DNA of 64,000 nt. It comes from Terriglobia bacterium. Lineage in GTDB: Bacteria > Acidobacteriota > Terriglobia > 2-12-FULL-54-10. Position numbers and translations under genes: made by a program. Location of the stretch: NCBI GenBank assembly GCA_963666975.2, contig CAXVYR010000003.1, forward strand, positions 1,216,001 through 1,280,000, written 5' to 3'. Shown piece after piece: positions 10,601 to 20,151 of the stretch. A model generated the notes under the pieces. That model had not been told where the DNA came from. It saw only the letters and a list, made by a program, of their open reading frames with translations, and made no database searches. Each line of letters opens with the position of its first letter. Position 1 is the stretch's first letter.

Positions 10601-10845
10601 GAGGTCACTTCCTCCACTCCGGGAGCGCCAGCGAGCGTTTCCTCGACACGGCGCGTGATGAGCGTTTCCATCTCGCCCGGGGCGACGCCTTCGTAACGGG
10701 TCATCACGGTGATGCGGGGAAACTCTATGTCGGGCATCAGGTCAATCGGCAGGCGCTCAAAGGAAATCACTCCCAACAGAACCACAATAGCGCAGGCGAT
10801 ATAAATTGTGACGGAACGCCGAATGGCAAAATCCGGTATGCTCAT
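7690..10845 (-). CDS. RND efflux transporter permease (AcrB/AcrD/AcrF family)
   Basis: 1051 aa. GRLVDDAIVVMEN and RLRPILMTTLTT motifs. Confidence 0.95.
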   Translation of the reverse strand: MSIPDFAIRRSVTIYIACAIVVLLGVISFERLPIDLMPDIEFPRITVMTRYEGVAPGEMETLITRRVEETLAGAPGVEEVTSSSTEGQSRVVVAFDWGTDLDEASDELRTRLDRLRRSLPEGSEPPIMFKFDLSQFPIMFLAVAGDMGPRELRRLTEDQIQYRIERVPGVAQAEVRGGLRREIHVNLALEKLQSLNLSVNEVVNLIRRENTNLPGGPVQEGRYELLLRTQGEFQSIAQIQGLVLTTRRGIPVYLRDVADIEDAWEDEQQIIRINDQQAVRMTVQKQSGANTAAVARGVRAEIERINRDYPRIEVWPLMDTSTFIERSIRSVRDHALEGALLAVLILLFFLRNLRSTLIVSLAIPVSLIATCALLYFSGFTLNVMTLGGLALGVGRLVDDAIVVMENTFRHREAGKSREEAARVGSSEVSNAIVAATLTTIVVFVPVAFLSGLANVLFSQLALTVAFALFCSLLVALTLIPMLCFKYLRVELPSEQQHPQLRRISQGIGGFLDRIDLRYQKAVGWALFHRKTVVAGGLAAFAMTLLLVPFIGVELMPQTDEGEVRVSVELPPGTRLETTDEVTRRVEAVLQEEVPEIENVMVQVGSGGGGGGYGNSGAHRGQITLRLGERASRDRSTQEIAATLNRRLGNFEPGVQVRTRASGGMHFTRMLSGGQGQERASVEIRGYNLQYATELANEVKDLVEAVPGVTDARISREDGLPEMLIQVDRIKAAMLGLNVNELGGVLETAVGGQQAGMYREDGDEYNILVRLREADRSSLDNVGHIPVATPAGNTVPVGSLISMQRQEGPVAIQRQDRERIITVSANFDGRDLGSVMSDIQTRLEPLRSQLPQDFAILYGGEYEEQQESFRQLLFGLILAVLLVYMVMAAQFESWRDPFIILFSIPLAAVGVALMLFLTGTTFSIQAFLGVIMLAGIVVSNAILLVDYANLMRRRDGLSVFEAVTLAGRRRLRPILMTTLTTVFALTPMALGFGEGGEVQAPMARVVIGGLLTSTLITLLFIPTLYAIAEDRTEKRKVASTEEPEPLPAGGGD

Positions 10846-12122
10846 GAGCGATCCTCCGGTGCTGGCACCGCCGAATGTCTGCCGGGAACGGTAACCAAAT
10901 CTCCATCTTTCAAGCCTTGCGAGCCGCGAGTGATCACCGTGGTTCCTGCGTCCACCCCCGCCAGCACCTCAATGCCCTGCTCCGTGTTCGCGCCGGTCTC
11001 GATGGGGCGAAACTGTACCCGGTCCGAGAGAAGAACGTTTACTCCAGTTTGCTGGCCTCGCAGGATCACCGCATCGCGAGGCACCAGCAGAGCCTGCCGG
11101 TCGGTTCCCAAGTCCATCTGGATGCGGGCAAACATCTCCGCCTTCAGTTGCCCGTCGGAATTGGAAATTTCAATCTCCACCGACCCGCTCCGCGTTGTCG
11201 GATCGAGCAGCGGCGAGATTCGCGCCACATGGCCCTCATAGCTTCGCCCCTCCAGGGCATCGACCACCACCGTAGCCTGATTCCCAACCTGCAACTTTGC
11301 AAAGTCCCTCTCCGGAACGCTTACCTGGGTCACCATCGTCGACAACTGCAGGACGTGGACCAACGGTGTGTTCGGATTCACCAATGCTCCGGGATGAACG
11401 TAACGCCGGGCGACCCACCCGTCGAGCGGAGATCGGATTTGAGTTTGCAGCATGCGGATTCGCAACTCCTCAAGCGCGGCTTTCGCCTGCCTCACTTGCG
11501 CCTCCGCCAGCACCAGTTGGGACTGGACGACACGGGCGCGGGTCTCGCTCGTCTGCTGCACTTGAACCGACATCAAACCCTGCGCGAACAGGTCGGCTGC
11601 CCGTTTCTCCTCCGCTTGGGCGTTTTCGAGTTCTGCCTGCCGCTGGGCTATGGTTGCCTCCGCCACGGCAAGCGCAGCGTCCGCCCGGAGAACTTGCTGT
11701 GCCAGTTCTTCCCCTTCCAATTCCGCAATCAGCTGGCCTTCTCTCACCGGGTCTCCTACATCCACAAAGATGCGCTCCAGCCGTCCGGTGATTTTTGGCG
11801 TCACCTCCACCTGCTGCTTAGGCTTGAGTGATCCCACCAGGGATATTCTCTCCCGTATGGTGCCCTGGTCAATGGTGGCTACTTCCACAAGTTGTGGCCG
11901 GCCCTGTCTTGCGCCAGGGCCACGGTTCCCGCCCCGCTGCGGACCTCCTTCGGCTCCGCCGGGCTGCCGGTTGGGACCAGGCCGCTGGCCCGCAAACCTG
12001 CCTGCCGGTCTGCCTTGATCTGCGCTCGACTGATAGAAACGAAAGGCTAACAGGCTGACTAAAGGCACCCCGATCAGGAGCAAAATCAAAATAGTCTTTC
12101 GCCGGTTACTCCGTTCTTCCAA
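10842..12122 (-). CDS. RND efflux periplasmic adaptor (MFP)
   Basis: N-terminal TM, lipoyl-like VDVGDPVREGQLIAEL, coiled-coil hairpin, IRSPLDG. Overlaps the RND gene by 4 nt. Confidence 0.93.
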   Translation of the reverse strand: MEERSNRRKTILILLLIGVPLVSLLAFRFYQSSADQGRPAGRFAGQRPGPNRQPGGAEGGPQRGGNRGPGARQGRPQLVEVATIDQGTIRERISLVGSLKPKQQVEVTPKITGRLERIFVDVGDPVREGQLIAELEGEELAQQVLRADAALAVAEATIAQRQAELENAQAEEKRAADLFAQGLMSVQVQQTSETRARVVQSQLVLAEAQVRQAKAALEELRIRMLQTQIRSPLDGWVARRYVHPGALVNPNTPLVHVLQLSTMVTQVSVPERDFAKLQVGNQATVVVDALEGRSYEGHVARISPLLDPTTRSGSVEIEISNSDGQLKAEMFARIQMDLGTDRQALLVPRDAVILRGQQTGVNVLLSDRVQFRPIETGANTEQGIEVLAGVDAGTTVITRGSQGLKDGDLVTVPGRHSAVPAPEDRS

Positions 12123-12411
12123 AAAGAGTGCCTCCGTTGCAAAAAAATCGTTGCATTAGTTTTGACCGTCCTGGACTGTGCTGGTCAAAAACAGGTCTAA
12201 TTCAGTTTAACCCAATTTTTTGCAAAATGTTGCGGCCAATACACTAAGCAAGGCTAGCTGGCATATTTTTATCAGCTTAGCCTAAAATATGAGATGGTGA
12301 AATTTGTAGTTGGTTGCCTGAAAAGTAGTTAGTGGTCAGAAAAGAGAATACTGCTGCCTCCCTGCCCGCAGGTGGGCAGCCATCCGGCAGTAAACCGATA
12401 CGACAACGCTC

Positions 12412-14679
12412 ATGCGAAACAAACACTGGAACAGACGATCAAAGGCTGAGACGAGACCGTCTCCCGGACGGATCCAATCCGTGGAAGGCAGGCTGGTTTC
12501 CCACCGCGACGGCTACGGGTTCGTGATACCTGAGCAGCCTCTACCCAAACTGCAGGGCGATATTTACATCGGGCCGCATTGGATGGGCAGCGCCATGCAT
12601 GGAGACCATGTGCTGGTGACCGACATCCACGTCCGGCAGGATGGCCGCGCCCAAGGCCGCATCCATCGCATTTTGAAGCGCGCTCATGACACGATTGTGG
12701 GGAGGTTCCACTTCGGAACCCCTTTCAACTACGTTGTCCCCTACGAAGAAAAAATCCTGCAACAAATTGTGATCCCCAAAGGACAGGAATTTCCAGTTGC
12801 AAAGCAGGACGGGAAGAAACCCACTTCTCTCACGCAGGAAGAGTTAGAAGGGTCGGTGGTCAACGTAGAGATTACCCGTTTCCCTGCGGCAACCCAAAAT
12901 GCCACTGGCCGCGTGCTGGAGCTGATTGGCCAGCCCGGCGATTTCGGCGTAGATGTCGAGATCCTCATCCGCAAGTACCACCTCCCATTCGAGTTCCCCC
13001 CGGAGGTTGAAGAAGAGGCCAGAGCAATTCCGCAGGCGGTCCCGGAAACGGAAACCGGGCGGCGGCGGGATTTCCGGCATTTGCCGGTTATCACGATTGA
13101 CGGAGAGACGGCCCGCGACTTTGACGACGCCGTTGCAGTTGCCCTGCTACCCAATGGGAATTTTGAGCTGCAGGTGCACATAGCCGATGTGGCCTACTAT
13201 GTTCGCCCCGGCACCGCCCTGGACCGCGAAGCCCGTCTCCGGGGCACCTCCGTCTACTTCCCTAACCGTGCCGTTCCCATGCTGCCTCCGGAGCTATCCA
13301 ATGGCATTTGTTCGCTGAATCCGGAGGAAGATCGTTTGGTGGTTTCTGTCCTGATGGAAATCGGCAGCCAGGGCGAGATTATCAACAGCACTTTTTGCGA
13401 AGGGATCATCCGAAACGCCCAGCGCATGACTTACACAGCGGTAAATCAGGCGCTCGAAAAGGACCCTGAAATACAAAAGCGCTATGCCGGGATGCTGCCT
13501 CACTTCGAACAAATGAGGAATTTGGCGCTCATTCTCTCTCAAAAACGCCGGCGGCGCGGCTCTATCGATTTCGATTTACCTGAGCCGGTGATTCAATTCG
13601 ACGAACTCGGAACTATGATGGCCATCACGCGGTCCGAGCGCAACACGGCGCACCGGCTGATCGAAGAATTCATGCTGGCAGCCAATGAAACGGTGGCTGC
13701 ATACCTGGAACACACTGGGATGGAAATGCTCCACCGAATTCACGAACAACCGGAGATCCGGAAGGTGATTGCGTTTGAACAAATCGCCGCCACGTTCGGC
13801 TACAGCCTGGGAGTCGGGAATCTGCCGGTGCAAAGGTTTCCCGTGGGAAGGCCGGGCAGCCGCAGGGAAGGCAGGCAAAAGCAGTCCATTGAATTACCGG
13901 CCGGCAAGCTGGATATCTCGCCCCGGAATTATCAGCAGTTGACGGAAAAGATTTCCGGAAAACCCGAGGAGCGTATTCTTTCCTACCTGATGCTGCGCTC
14001 GCTGAAGCAGGCATGCTACCGCGAACGGAACGAAGGACATTTCGCCTTGGCGACGCCACACTACACCCATTTCACCTCCCCCATTCGTCGCTACCCGGAT
14101 CTCGTGGTGCATCGGATTCTAAAATCTATCCTGCAAGGTGGAACGCCCGTGAAGTGGTCGCCGGCTGACAAAAAGCCGAAAATGCCCAAGAAGCCTCCTG
14201 CCACAACAAAGCAGTACAGGAAAGGCAACAAGCCGCAGAAATCGCCGGCAAATCAGAACTCCCGCATTCCTGAACCGGTTTCCCCCGGCCTGCCAGCCCC
14301 CTACACGACAACCAAGGCCGAGCTGGCAGCGATTGCCATCGAATCCTCCGAGGCCGAGCGGCGCGCAGCGGAAGCAGAACGGGAACTGCTCGAATGGAAG
14401 AAAGCGGCATTTATGCAGGAGAAATTAGGGGATGAATTTGATGCGCTCATTATCAGCGTCGCTCCATTCGGCTTCTTTGTAGAACTGCTGGACTTGTTTG
14501 TGGAGGGTTTGGTCCCGATCGAGACATTAACCGATCAGCGATATCTCTACCGGGAACAGCAACAACAACTGGTGGGCGAACGAACCCGGCACAGCTTCCG
14601 GATTGGAAACCGGCTCCGAGTACGCCTGGATCGCATTGGAGAACCGGCAGGTAAAATGAACTTTTCTGTCGTAGCCTAA
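12412..14679 (+). CDS. rnr: Ribonuclease R (RNB family)
   Basis: HRDGYGF CSD, TIDGETARDFDDA, YTHFTSPIRRYPDL, C-terminal S1 domain. Confidence 0.93.
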   Translation: MRNKHWNRRSKAETRPSPGRIQSVEGRLVSHRDGYGFVIPEQPLPKLQGDIYIGPHWMGSAMHGDHVLVTDIHVRQDGRAQGRIHRILKRAHDTIVGRFHFGTPFNYVVPYEEKILQQIVIPKGQEFPVAKQDGKKPTSLTQEELEGSVVNVEITRFPAATQNATGRVLELIGQPGDFGVDVEILIRKYHLPFEFPPEVEEEARAIPQAVPETETGRRRDFRHLPVITIDGETARDFDDAVAVALLPNGNFELQVHIADVAYYVRPGTALDREARLRGTSVYFPNRAVPMLPPELSNGICSLNPEEDRLVVSVLMEIGSQGEIINSTFCEGIIRNAQRMTYTAVNQALEKDPEIQKRYAGMLPHFEQMRNLALILSQKRRRRGSIDFDLPEPVIQFDELGTMMAITRSERNTAHRLIEEFMLAANETVAAYLEHTGMEMLHRIHEQPEIRKVIAFEQIAATFGYSLGVGNLPVQRFPVGRPGSRREGRQKQSIELPAGKLDISPRNYQQLTEKISGKPEERILSYLMLRSLKQACYRERNEGHFALATPHYTHFTSPIRRYPDLVVHRILKSILQGGTPVKWSPADKKPKMPKKPPATTKQYRKGNKPQKSPANQNSRIPEPVSPGLPAPYTTTKAELAAIAIESSEAERRAAEAERELLEWKKAAFMQEKLGDEFDALIISVAPFGFFVELLDLFVEGLVPIETLTDQRYLYREQQQQLVGERTRHSFRIGNRLRVRLDRIGEPAGKMNFSVVA

Positions 14680-15206
14680 ACCGACGCGCTCATCGCCATA
14701 GCGGCGGGGATCAGCTTGAGTTGCGCCTTAGCCAGAGCTTTGGTGAGCAAAGTTTCCGCCGTTTCCTCAGACGTGCTCTTGGCGACGGCCAACTCACTAA
14801 TCAGAAGGTAGCGGGCACGGTCCAGCATCTTTCTTTCGCGGAAGGAAAGTTCCTTGGTCCGGCTGATCACCAGCAAGCTTTTAAACACTTCGGCAACCTG
14901 CAATAGACAGCCGGTTCGCATCTTTTCCGAATTTTCCTTGAACCGGTACTTCCAATCTTTGTGGTTCTCGCATTCGCCGTGGGCCAGATAAGTGAGTATT
15001 TGGCTCGCTTCTCTGCTCTTCACGATATGCCGCAAACCTACGGTATTTACTTTGGCATAGGGAACCATCACCCGAAGGCTGTTGGAGTAGATTTTGAGCA
15101 GGTAAAATCGTTGCGGTGTGACGCCTACGTTCCAGTTGTTGATTTGTTCAATGATTCCAACGCCATGATTGGGATAAACAATCTTATCACCTACCTGAAA
15201 ACTCAT
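14676..15206 (-). CDS. carD: CarD family transcriptional regulator
   Basis: FQVGDKIVYPNHGVG N-terminus, LSFRERKMLDRA C-domain. Confidence 0.92.
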   Translation of the reverse strand: MSFQVGDKIVYPNHGVGIIEQINNWNVGVTPQRFYLLKIYSNSLRVMVPYAKVNTVGLRHIVKSREASQILTYLAHGECENHKDWKYRFKENSEKMRTGCLLQVAEVFKSLLVISRTKELSFRERKMLDRARYLLISELAVAKSTSEETAETLLTKALAKAQLKLIPAAMAMSASV

Positions 15207-15520
15207 TTTGGAGGGCCTCGATAGATATAAAAGTAAGCTTTCGGAAGCAACTGATCATACCAAGGGGCTGCCCTAAAGTCAATGTTGCGTTACCCTGTTT
15301 TTCCCCGGAATCACTGTATCTGGCGCGCCTGGAAGTAGTCCGTGATCCCGCAAACACTATATATTGGACTTCTAAGGTTTTCAAAAAAACTTGCAGGGAA
15401 GATTTAGTCCTGCTTTCTGCCGCGCAGCGTTATCATTTGGAAGAGAATTTTGCTCCATGCTATCTTTACTCACACGAATCGTATTCGTTCATGTCATCTT
15501 CACAAGCAGGAGGATCGGTA

Positions 15521-16213
15521 ATGTTACATAGAAAAAGTTCGCTGGTGATTTTGCTGGCATGCTTGGCCGTGTCGCTGGCTGGCGGCATCAAGATACATGC
15601 CCTGCAGCTGGGATCGCGCGAGGCCACCGAGTGGATCGATCTCCTGGAGCGGCCTGGAAGAATAGCCGGATTAAAAAGGGATGAAGTAGTCGCGCGCTTG
15701 AAACTCAGGCCGGGGAACATCGTCGCCGACATCGGCGCCGGGGCCGGCGCGTTTTCCCTGCAACTGGCCCGGGCCGTTGCTCCGTCGGGCAAACTGTTGG
15801 CTGTCGAGATCGAGCAAGGTCTTCTCGATCGCATCAACCAAGTGGCCCGGCAGGAAAACGTCAGCAACGTTCAAACGGTCCTCGGCGAATTCGACGATCC
15901 GAACCTGCCCACCCGGCAGGTGGACATGGCTTTTATCCATGACGTATTGCACCACATCGAGAACCGCGCGGCCTACCTGAAAACGCTCGCCTCCTATATG
16001 AAACCCAACGCACGCATTGCTATCATCGAGCTGGACAAAACTCGCCCGGATGTTCCGCACCGGGATCAGCCCGAAATGCAAGTCGGCAAGGAGCAGGTGA
16101 AACAATGGCTGGCGGCAGCCGGTTTTTACCCTGCGGAAGAATTCAACATGTTTGAGGACAAGTGGTTCATCGTATACGCGCGGGGCGGGTCAGCAACGTC
16201 GGGCGGCATGTAG
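15521..16213 (+). CDS. Secreted class I SAM-dependent methyltransferase
   Basis: VADIGAGAG SAM motif, signal-peptide-like N-terminus, GGAGG RBS before ATG 15521. Confidence 0.85.
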   Translation: MLHRKSSLVILLACLAVSLAGGIKIHALQLGSREATEWIDLLERPGRIAGLKRDEVVARLKLRPGNIVADIGAGAGAFSLQLARAVAPSGKLLAVEIEQGLLDRINQVARQENVSNVQTVLGEFDDPNLPTRQVDMAFIHDVLHHIENRAAYLKTLASYMKPNARIAIIELDKTRPDVPHRDQPEMQVGKEQVKQWLAAAGFYPAEEFNMFEDKWFIVYARGGSATSGGM

Positions 16214-16235
16214 CACTGTTTGTTAAGGGGGTTTG

Positions 16236-16766
16236 TTAACGCGGCAAGCGGTTCGTCTTGCCTGCAAGGCGGTCTGAGCTGATTCGGCGGACATGGGAGA
16301 AATCCTGCAGCTTCTGGAAAAGCTCTTCCACTGTCTCCCGCGAAACTGGAAAACGGAGCGACGGAGCGATCTCCCGCAGCGGCTCCATCACAAACCGCCT
16401 TTCGAGCATCCGGGGATGGGGCACGACCAGCATCTTGCTGTGCAGTGTCCGGTCACCGTAGAGCAAAATATCGAGGTCAATGCTGCGCGGGCCTTTGGGC
16501 TGCCGGCGCCGGCGACCCAGCTTGTGTTCGATCCCCTGCAACGTTTCCAGCAAAGCCAGCGGCGACAAAACCGTCTCTACCTCAACCACGCAGTTCAGAA
16601 ACCATCCCTGCCCGGCAAAATCCACCGGTTCGGTTTCGTAAATGGAAGAGCAGCTTTGCACTCGGATGGCGCCGGCTTCCAGCGCCTGCCAGGCGCGCCG
16701 AAGCTGCTCGCAGCGGTCTCCCAGATTGGAGCCGAGCGAAAGATATGCCGTCTCAGAAATTGCCAT
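16236..16766 (-). CDS. folK: 2-amino-4-hydroxy-6-hydroxymethyldihydropteridine diphosphokinase
   Basis: YLSLGSNLGDR, GPRSIDLDILLY and PHPRMLERRFV motifs. Confidence 0.96.
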   Translation of the reverse strand: MAISETAYLSLGSNLGDRCEQLRRAWQALEAGAIRVQSCSSIYETEPVDFAGQGWFLNCVVEVETVLSPLALLETLQGIEHKLGRRRRQPKGPRSIDLDILLYGDRTLHSKMLVVPHPRMLERRFVMEPLREIAPSLRFPVSRETVEELFQKLQDFSHVRRISSDRLAGKTNRLPR

Positions 16767-16797
16767 CGCGCGATTACCCGGTGTGAATTGTTAATTG

Positions 16798-17826
16798 TTA
16801 GAAGAGGGCGTTCTGTGCGCTGTTCGGCTTCAGGCCGAAATACTGGAAAGCCAGCGGGGTGGCCACGCGGCCTCGCGGAGTGCGGTGAAGAAAACCGATT
16901 TGGATCAGGAAGGGCTCGTAGATCTCTTCAATCGCATCGACTTCCTCGCTGAGTGAAGCGGCCAGGGTATTCACGCCGACAGGACCGCCTCCGTATTTCT
17001 CAATGATGGTCAGCAGCAGTTTACGGTCCACCTCGTCGAAACCGTAATGGTCCACCTCCAGCATTTCCAGCGCGGCTTGGGCCACCGAGAGAGTGATCCG
17101 GCCTTCGGCTTTTACTTCGGCATAATCGCGGACGCGGCGCAGCAGCCGGTTCGCAATACGAGGCGTCCCCCGGCTCCGCCGCGCAATCTCCTCCGCGCCT
17201 TCCTGGTCCACGGGAACTTGCAGGATATCCGCCGAGCGGCGCACGATAATTCCCAGCTCTTCGGCGGTGTAGAAGTCGATGCGATGGACGATTCCGAAAC
17301 GGCTTCGCAGCGGCGCGCTCAGCAATCCGGCCCGCGTTGTGGCCCCCACCAGGGTGAACGGCGCAACATTCAGTTGAACAGTCCTCGCCCCAGGCCCCTG
17401 CCCCACCACGTAGTCGATACGAAAATCCTCCAGGGCCGGATATAGCAACTCCTCCAGTTGGGTATTCAAGCGGTGGATTTCATCAATAAAAAAGATTTGA
17501 AATTTTTCCACGTTGCTCAGGATGGCCGCCAGGTCCTTCTTATCTTCGATCACCGGCCCGGAGGTCGCCTGGAAGGCGACGCCCATTTCGTTGGCAATGA
17601 TCGACGCCAGCGTCGTCTTGCCCAGCCCCGGCGGCCCGTAGAGTAAAACGTGGTCCAGCACTTCTCCGCGCGCGCGCGCCGCCTGGATGGAAATGCTTAA
17701 GTTATCCTTCACCTTCTGCTGCCCAATAAACTCCGCCAATCGTTTGGGTCGCAGGCTGTATTCATCCTGTTGTTCGTCCGGCAGCATGCTGCCTGAAACC
17801 ATCCGTTCTGAATCATTGAGTGCCAT
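16798..17826 (-). CDS. ruvB: Holliday junction DNA helicase RuvB (start could be 17859)
   Basis: [36 protein letters not shown] and [16 protein letters not shown] motifs. Confidence 0.97.
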   Translation of the reverse strand: MALNDSERMVSGSMLPDEQQDEYSLRPKRLAEFIGQQKVKDNLSISIQAARARGEVLDHVLLYGPPGLGKTTLASIIANEMGVAFQATSGPVIEDKKDLAAILSNVEKFQIFFIDEIHRLNTQLEELLYPALEDFRIDYVVGQGPGARTVQLNVAPFTLVGATTRAGLLSAPLRSRFGIVHRIDFYTAEELGIIVRRSADILQVPVDQEGAEEIARRSRGTPRIANRLLRRVRDYAEVKAEGRITLSVAQAALEMLEVDHYGFDEVDRKLLLTIIEKYGGGPVGVNTLAASLSEEVDAIEEIYEPFLIQIGFLHRTPRGRVATPLAFQYFGLKPNSAQNALF

Positions 17827-17926
17827 ATGTTTTTTTCTGAGCGGCCCCTTACTTTCCAATCCGGATTAACCGGGAGGATGTCTGCTGCACATCCCGAAGC
17901 AACCTGCCTGAAATCGCGCCAGGATA

Positions 17927-18541
17927 TCAGGGGAAAAATTTCCTCGACAGCAATCGCAGCGACGCGCGGAGTAAATCCTCAAAATCCTTGTTCGGCCCCT
18001 GTGCGCGGACTTCCTGGAGGGCATTTTCAGCGGCGGGGCGTGCATAACCGACATTGATCAAAGCCGAGAGAACTGCGTCCTCCGCAGTTTCCGGCTTCGC
18101 CACCGGAGCCTGCTGGCGGCCTACCGACGCCGGAACGACATCCGCGAGTTTGTCCTTCAACTCCAGAACCAGTCTCTCCGCGGTTTTGCGTCCCACGCCG
18201 GGAACATGCACCAGCTTGGCGACTTCTCCGTTTCGGAGGGCTGGGATCAGCTCCTCGATCTCCAGCCCGGATAGGATCGTGACAGCCAGTTTTGGGCCGA
18301 CTCCGGAGACGCTGAGCAGCTTCTCAAATAAGTTTTTCTCCCGCTCCGTTCGGAATCCGTACAGCGAAAAGGACTCCTGCCTAACGTAGCTGTAAATCTG
18401 AAGGCTGACTTCCGTGGCCACGTCTCCCAACTCGTAAAAAGTGGAGACCGGGATAAAAACCTCGTAGCCTACGCCCGCGGCCTCAATGACGACTCGATTC
18501 GGTCGCTTTGAGAGGAGCTTCCCACGCAGATGGGCTATCAT
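17927..18541 (-). CDS. ruvA: Holliday junction branch migration protein RuvA
   Basis: MIAHLRG, GVGYEV, VSGVGPKLA and PGVGRKTAERL HhH motifs. Confidence 0.96.
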   Translation of the reverse strand: MIAHLRGKLLSKRPNRVVIEAAGVGYEVFIPVSTFYELGDVATEVSLQIYSYVRQESFSLYGFRTEREKNLFEKLLSVSGVGPKLAVTILSGLEIEELIPALRNGEVAKLVHVPGVGRKTAERLVLELKDKLADVVPASVGRQQAPVAKPETAEDAVLSALINVGYARPAAENALQEVRAQGPNKDFEDLLRASLRLLSRKFFP

Positions 18542-18650
18542 CAATTCCTTTTCTGATTCCTTTTCTCAACACCGGTTTGTCAGCCCGCGATTATCATACC
18601 CCTTCGCAGAGTTTTCAAGAAACAGCCGGGCAAATGAACAGGATCAATGC

Positions 18651-19781
18651 TCAACGGGCAAACATCAGGAAGCTTCCGGCAGCTACGAGCGTGCCGATCA
18701 CCCCGCCCACGTTCGGCCCCATGGCGTGCATCAAGAGGTGATTTGTGGGACTGGCCTGCAGGCCCACGGTCTGCGAGACTCTGGCGGCCATCGGGACGGC
18801 AGAGACCCCGGCGGAGCCGATCAGTGGGTTCATTTTTGCTTTGAGAAACAGATTCATAAATTTGGCCAGCAGCACCCCGGCGGCGGTGCTGAAAATAAAC
18901 GCGACCAAGCCTAAGCCGAAGATCAGCAGCGCCCTGGGCTGCAGAAAATTTTCCGCCGCCATCGTCGCTCCCACCGATATCCCCAGAAAGATCGTGGCCA
19001 GGTTCAGCAGCTCGTTTTGAGCGGCGTTGGTCAGCCGGTCCACCACCTTGGACTCGCGGAAAAGGTTGCCGAGCATGAACATCGAAACCAGCGGCGCTGC
19101 TTGCGGAACCAGCAACAGAATAATCATGGAGGACAGCAGCGGAAAAAGCAGCTTCTCTAAATTGGAGACCGGGCGCAACTGCTTCATGCGGATCTGCCGC
19201 TCCTTTTCGGTCGTCAGCGCGCGCATGATGGGAGGCTGGATAATCGGAACGAGCGACATATAAGAATACGCGGCCACTGCAATCGGCCCCAATAGGTGCG
19301 GGGCCAGCGCAGCCGTTACGAAAATGCTGGTCGGCCCATCCGCCCCCCCGATGATTCCGATGGAGCTGGCCTCCGGCACGCTGAACCCCAAGGCCAAGGC
19401 CCCAAAAAAGGCGATATAAACGCCGAACTGTGCAGCCGCGCCCAGCAGGATTGATTTTGGATTGGCGATCAGCGGCCCAAAATCCGTCAAGGCTCCCAGC
19501 CCTAGAAAGATGACGGGCGGAATCACATCCCACTCGATTCCATAATGGAAAAAGATATTCAGCAGGTTCCGGACCCCGTCGTGCTCCCCCATCAGCGGAG
19601 TCATGGGAAGATTCACCACCAGAACTCCGAAACCGATGGGCAGCAACAACAGCGGCTCATATTTTTTCTTGATGGCAAGGTAAATCAGCGTCAGGCCGAT
19701 TATCCACATGAGAACGTTGCCCACGCTCAGATGGGCAATTCCTGTTTGACTTATAAAAGTGTTTATAGAAAATTCATTCAT
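18651..19781 (-). CDS. Na+-translocating decarboxylase beta subunit (OadB/MmdB/GcdB family)
   Basis: [31 protein letters not shown] and SAVPMAARV motifs. Confidence 0.95.
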   Translation of the reverse strand: MNEFSINTFISQTGIAHLSVGNVLMWIIGLTLIYLAIKKKYEPLLLLPIGFGVLVVNLPMTPLMGEHDGVRNLLNIFFHYGIEWDVIPPVIFLGLGALTDFGPLIANPKSILLGAAAQFGVYIAFFGALALGFSVPEASSIGIIGGADGPTSIFVTAALAPHLLGPIAVAAYSYMSLVPIIQPPIMRALTTEKERQIRMKQLRPVSNLEKLLFPLLSSMIILLLVPQAAPLVSMFMLGNLFRESKVVDRLTNAAQNELLNLATIFLGISVGATMAAENFLQPRALLIFGLGLVAFIFSTAAGVLLAKFMNLFLKAKMNPLIGSAGVSAVPMAARVSQTVGLQASPTNHLLMHAMGPNVGGVIGTLVAAGSFLMFAR

Positions 19782-19907
19782 CCCTGGTTCTTGTTCCTCT
19801 TAGGTTCTTGCTCCTTTTATATCTCTTCGACGCCGCCGGATGGTTCTCGTGAATGAAATAAGAATCCTGGGCCGGTCTGGCCGGAAAGGAAATTCCACGA
19901 AGCGGCA

Positions 19908-20069
19908 CTAGCGTTTCTCTTCTGCTTTCTTCCGAGCCATTCGGGCGAGAACAGCCCCAACGGCATTGATCGACACCATCAGCAGCGTCAGAACCAAAAA
20001 GACACTGGTAAGTCCAGCAGCGGCCATCATGGAAGCACTGTACCAATCCACCCCATACAAATCCACCAT
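19908..20069 (-). CDS. OadG/MmdD-like membrane anchor subunit of Na+ decarboxylase
   Basis: 53 aa, single TM (GLTSVFLVLTLL), located between the carboxyltransferase and the beta subunit. Confidence 0.75.
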   Translation of the reverse strand: MVDLYGVDWYSASMMAAAGLTSVFLVLTLLMVSINAVGAVLARMARKKAEEKR

Positions 20070-20151
20070 TGTTCGATTTTCCCCCTGACACGGTTCGCGG
20101 GACAACAACACCTTTCCGCGCATCAAGCTCTGGCGAAGCTACTCTCCAGCC

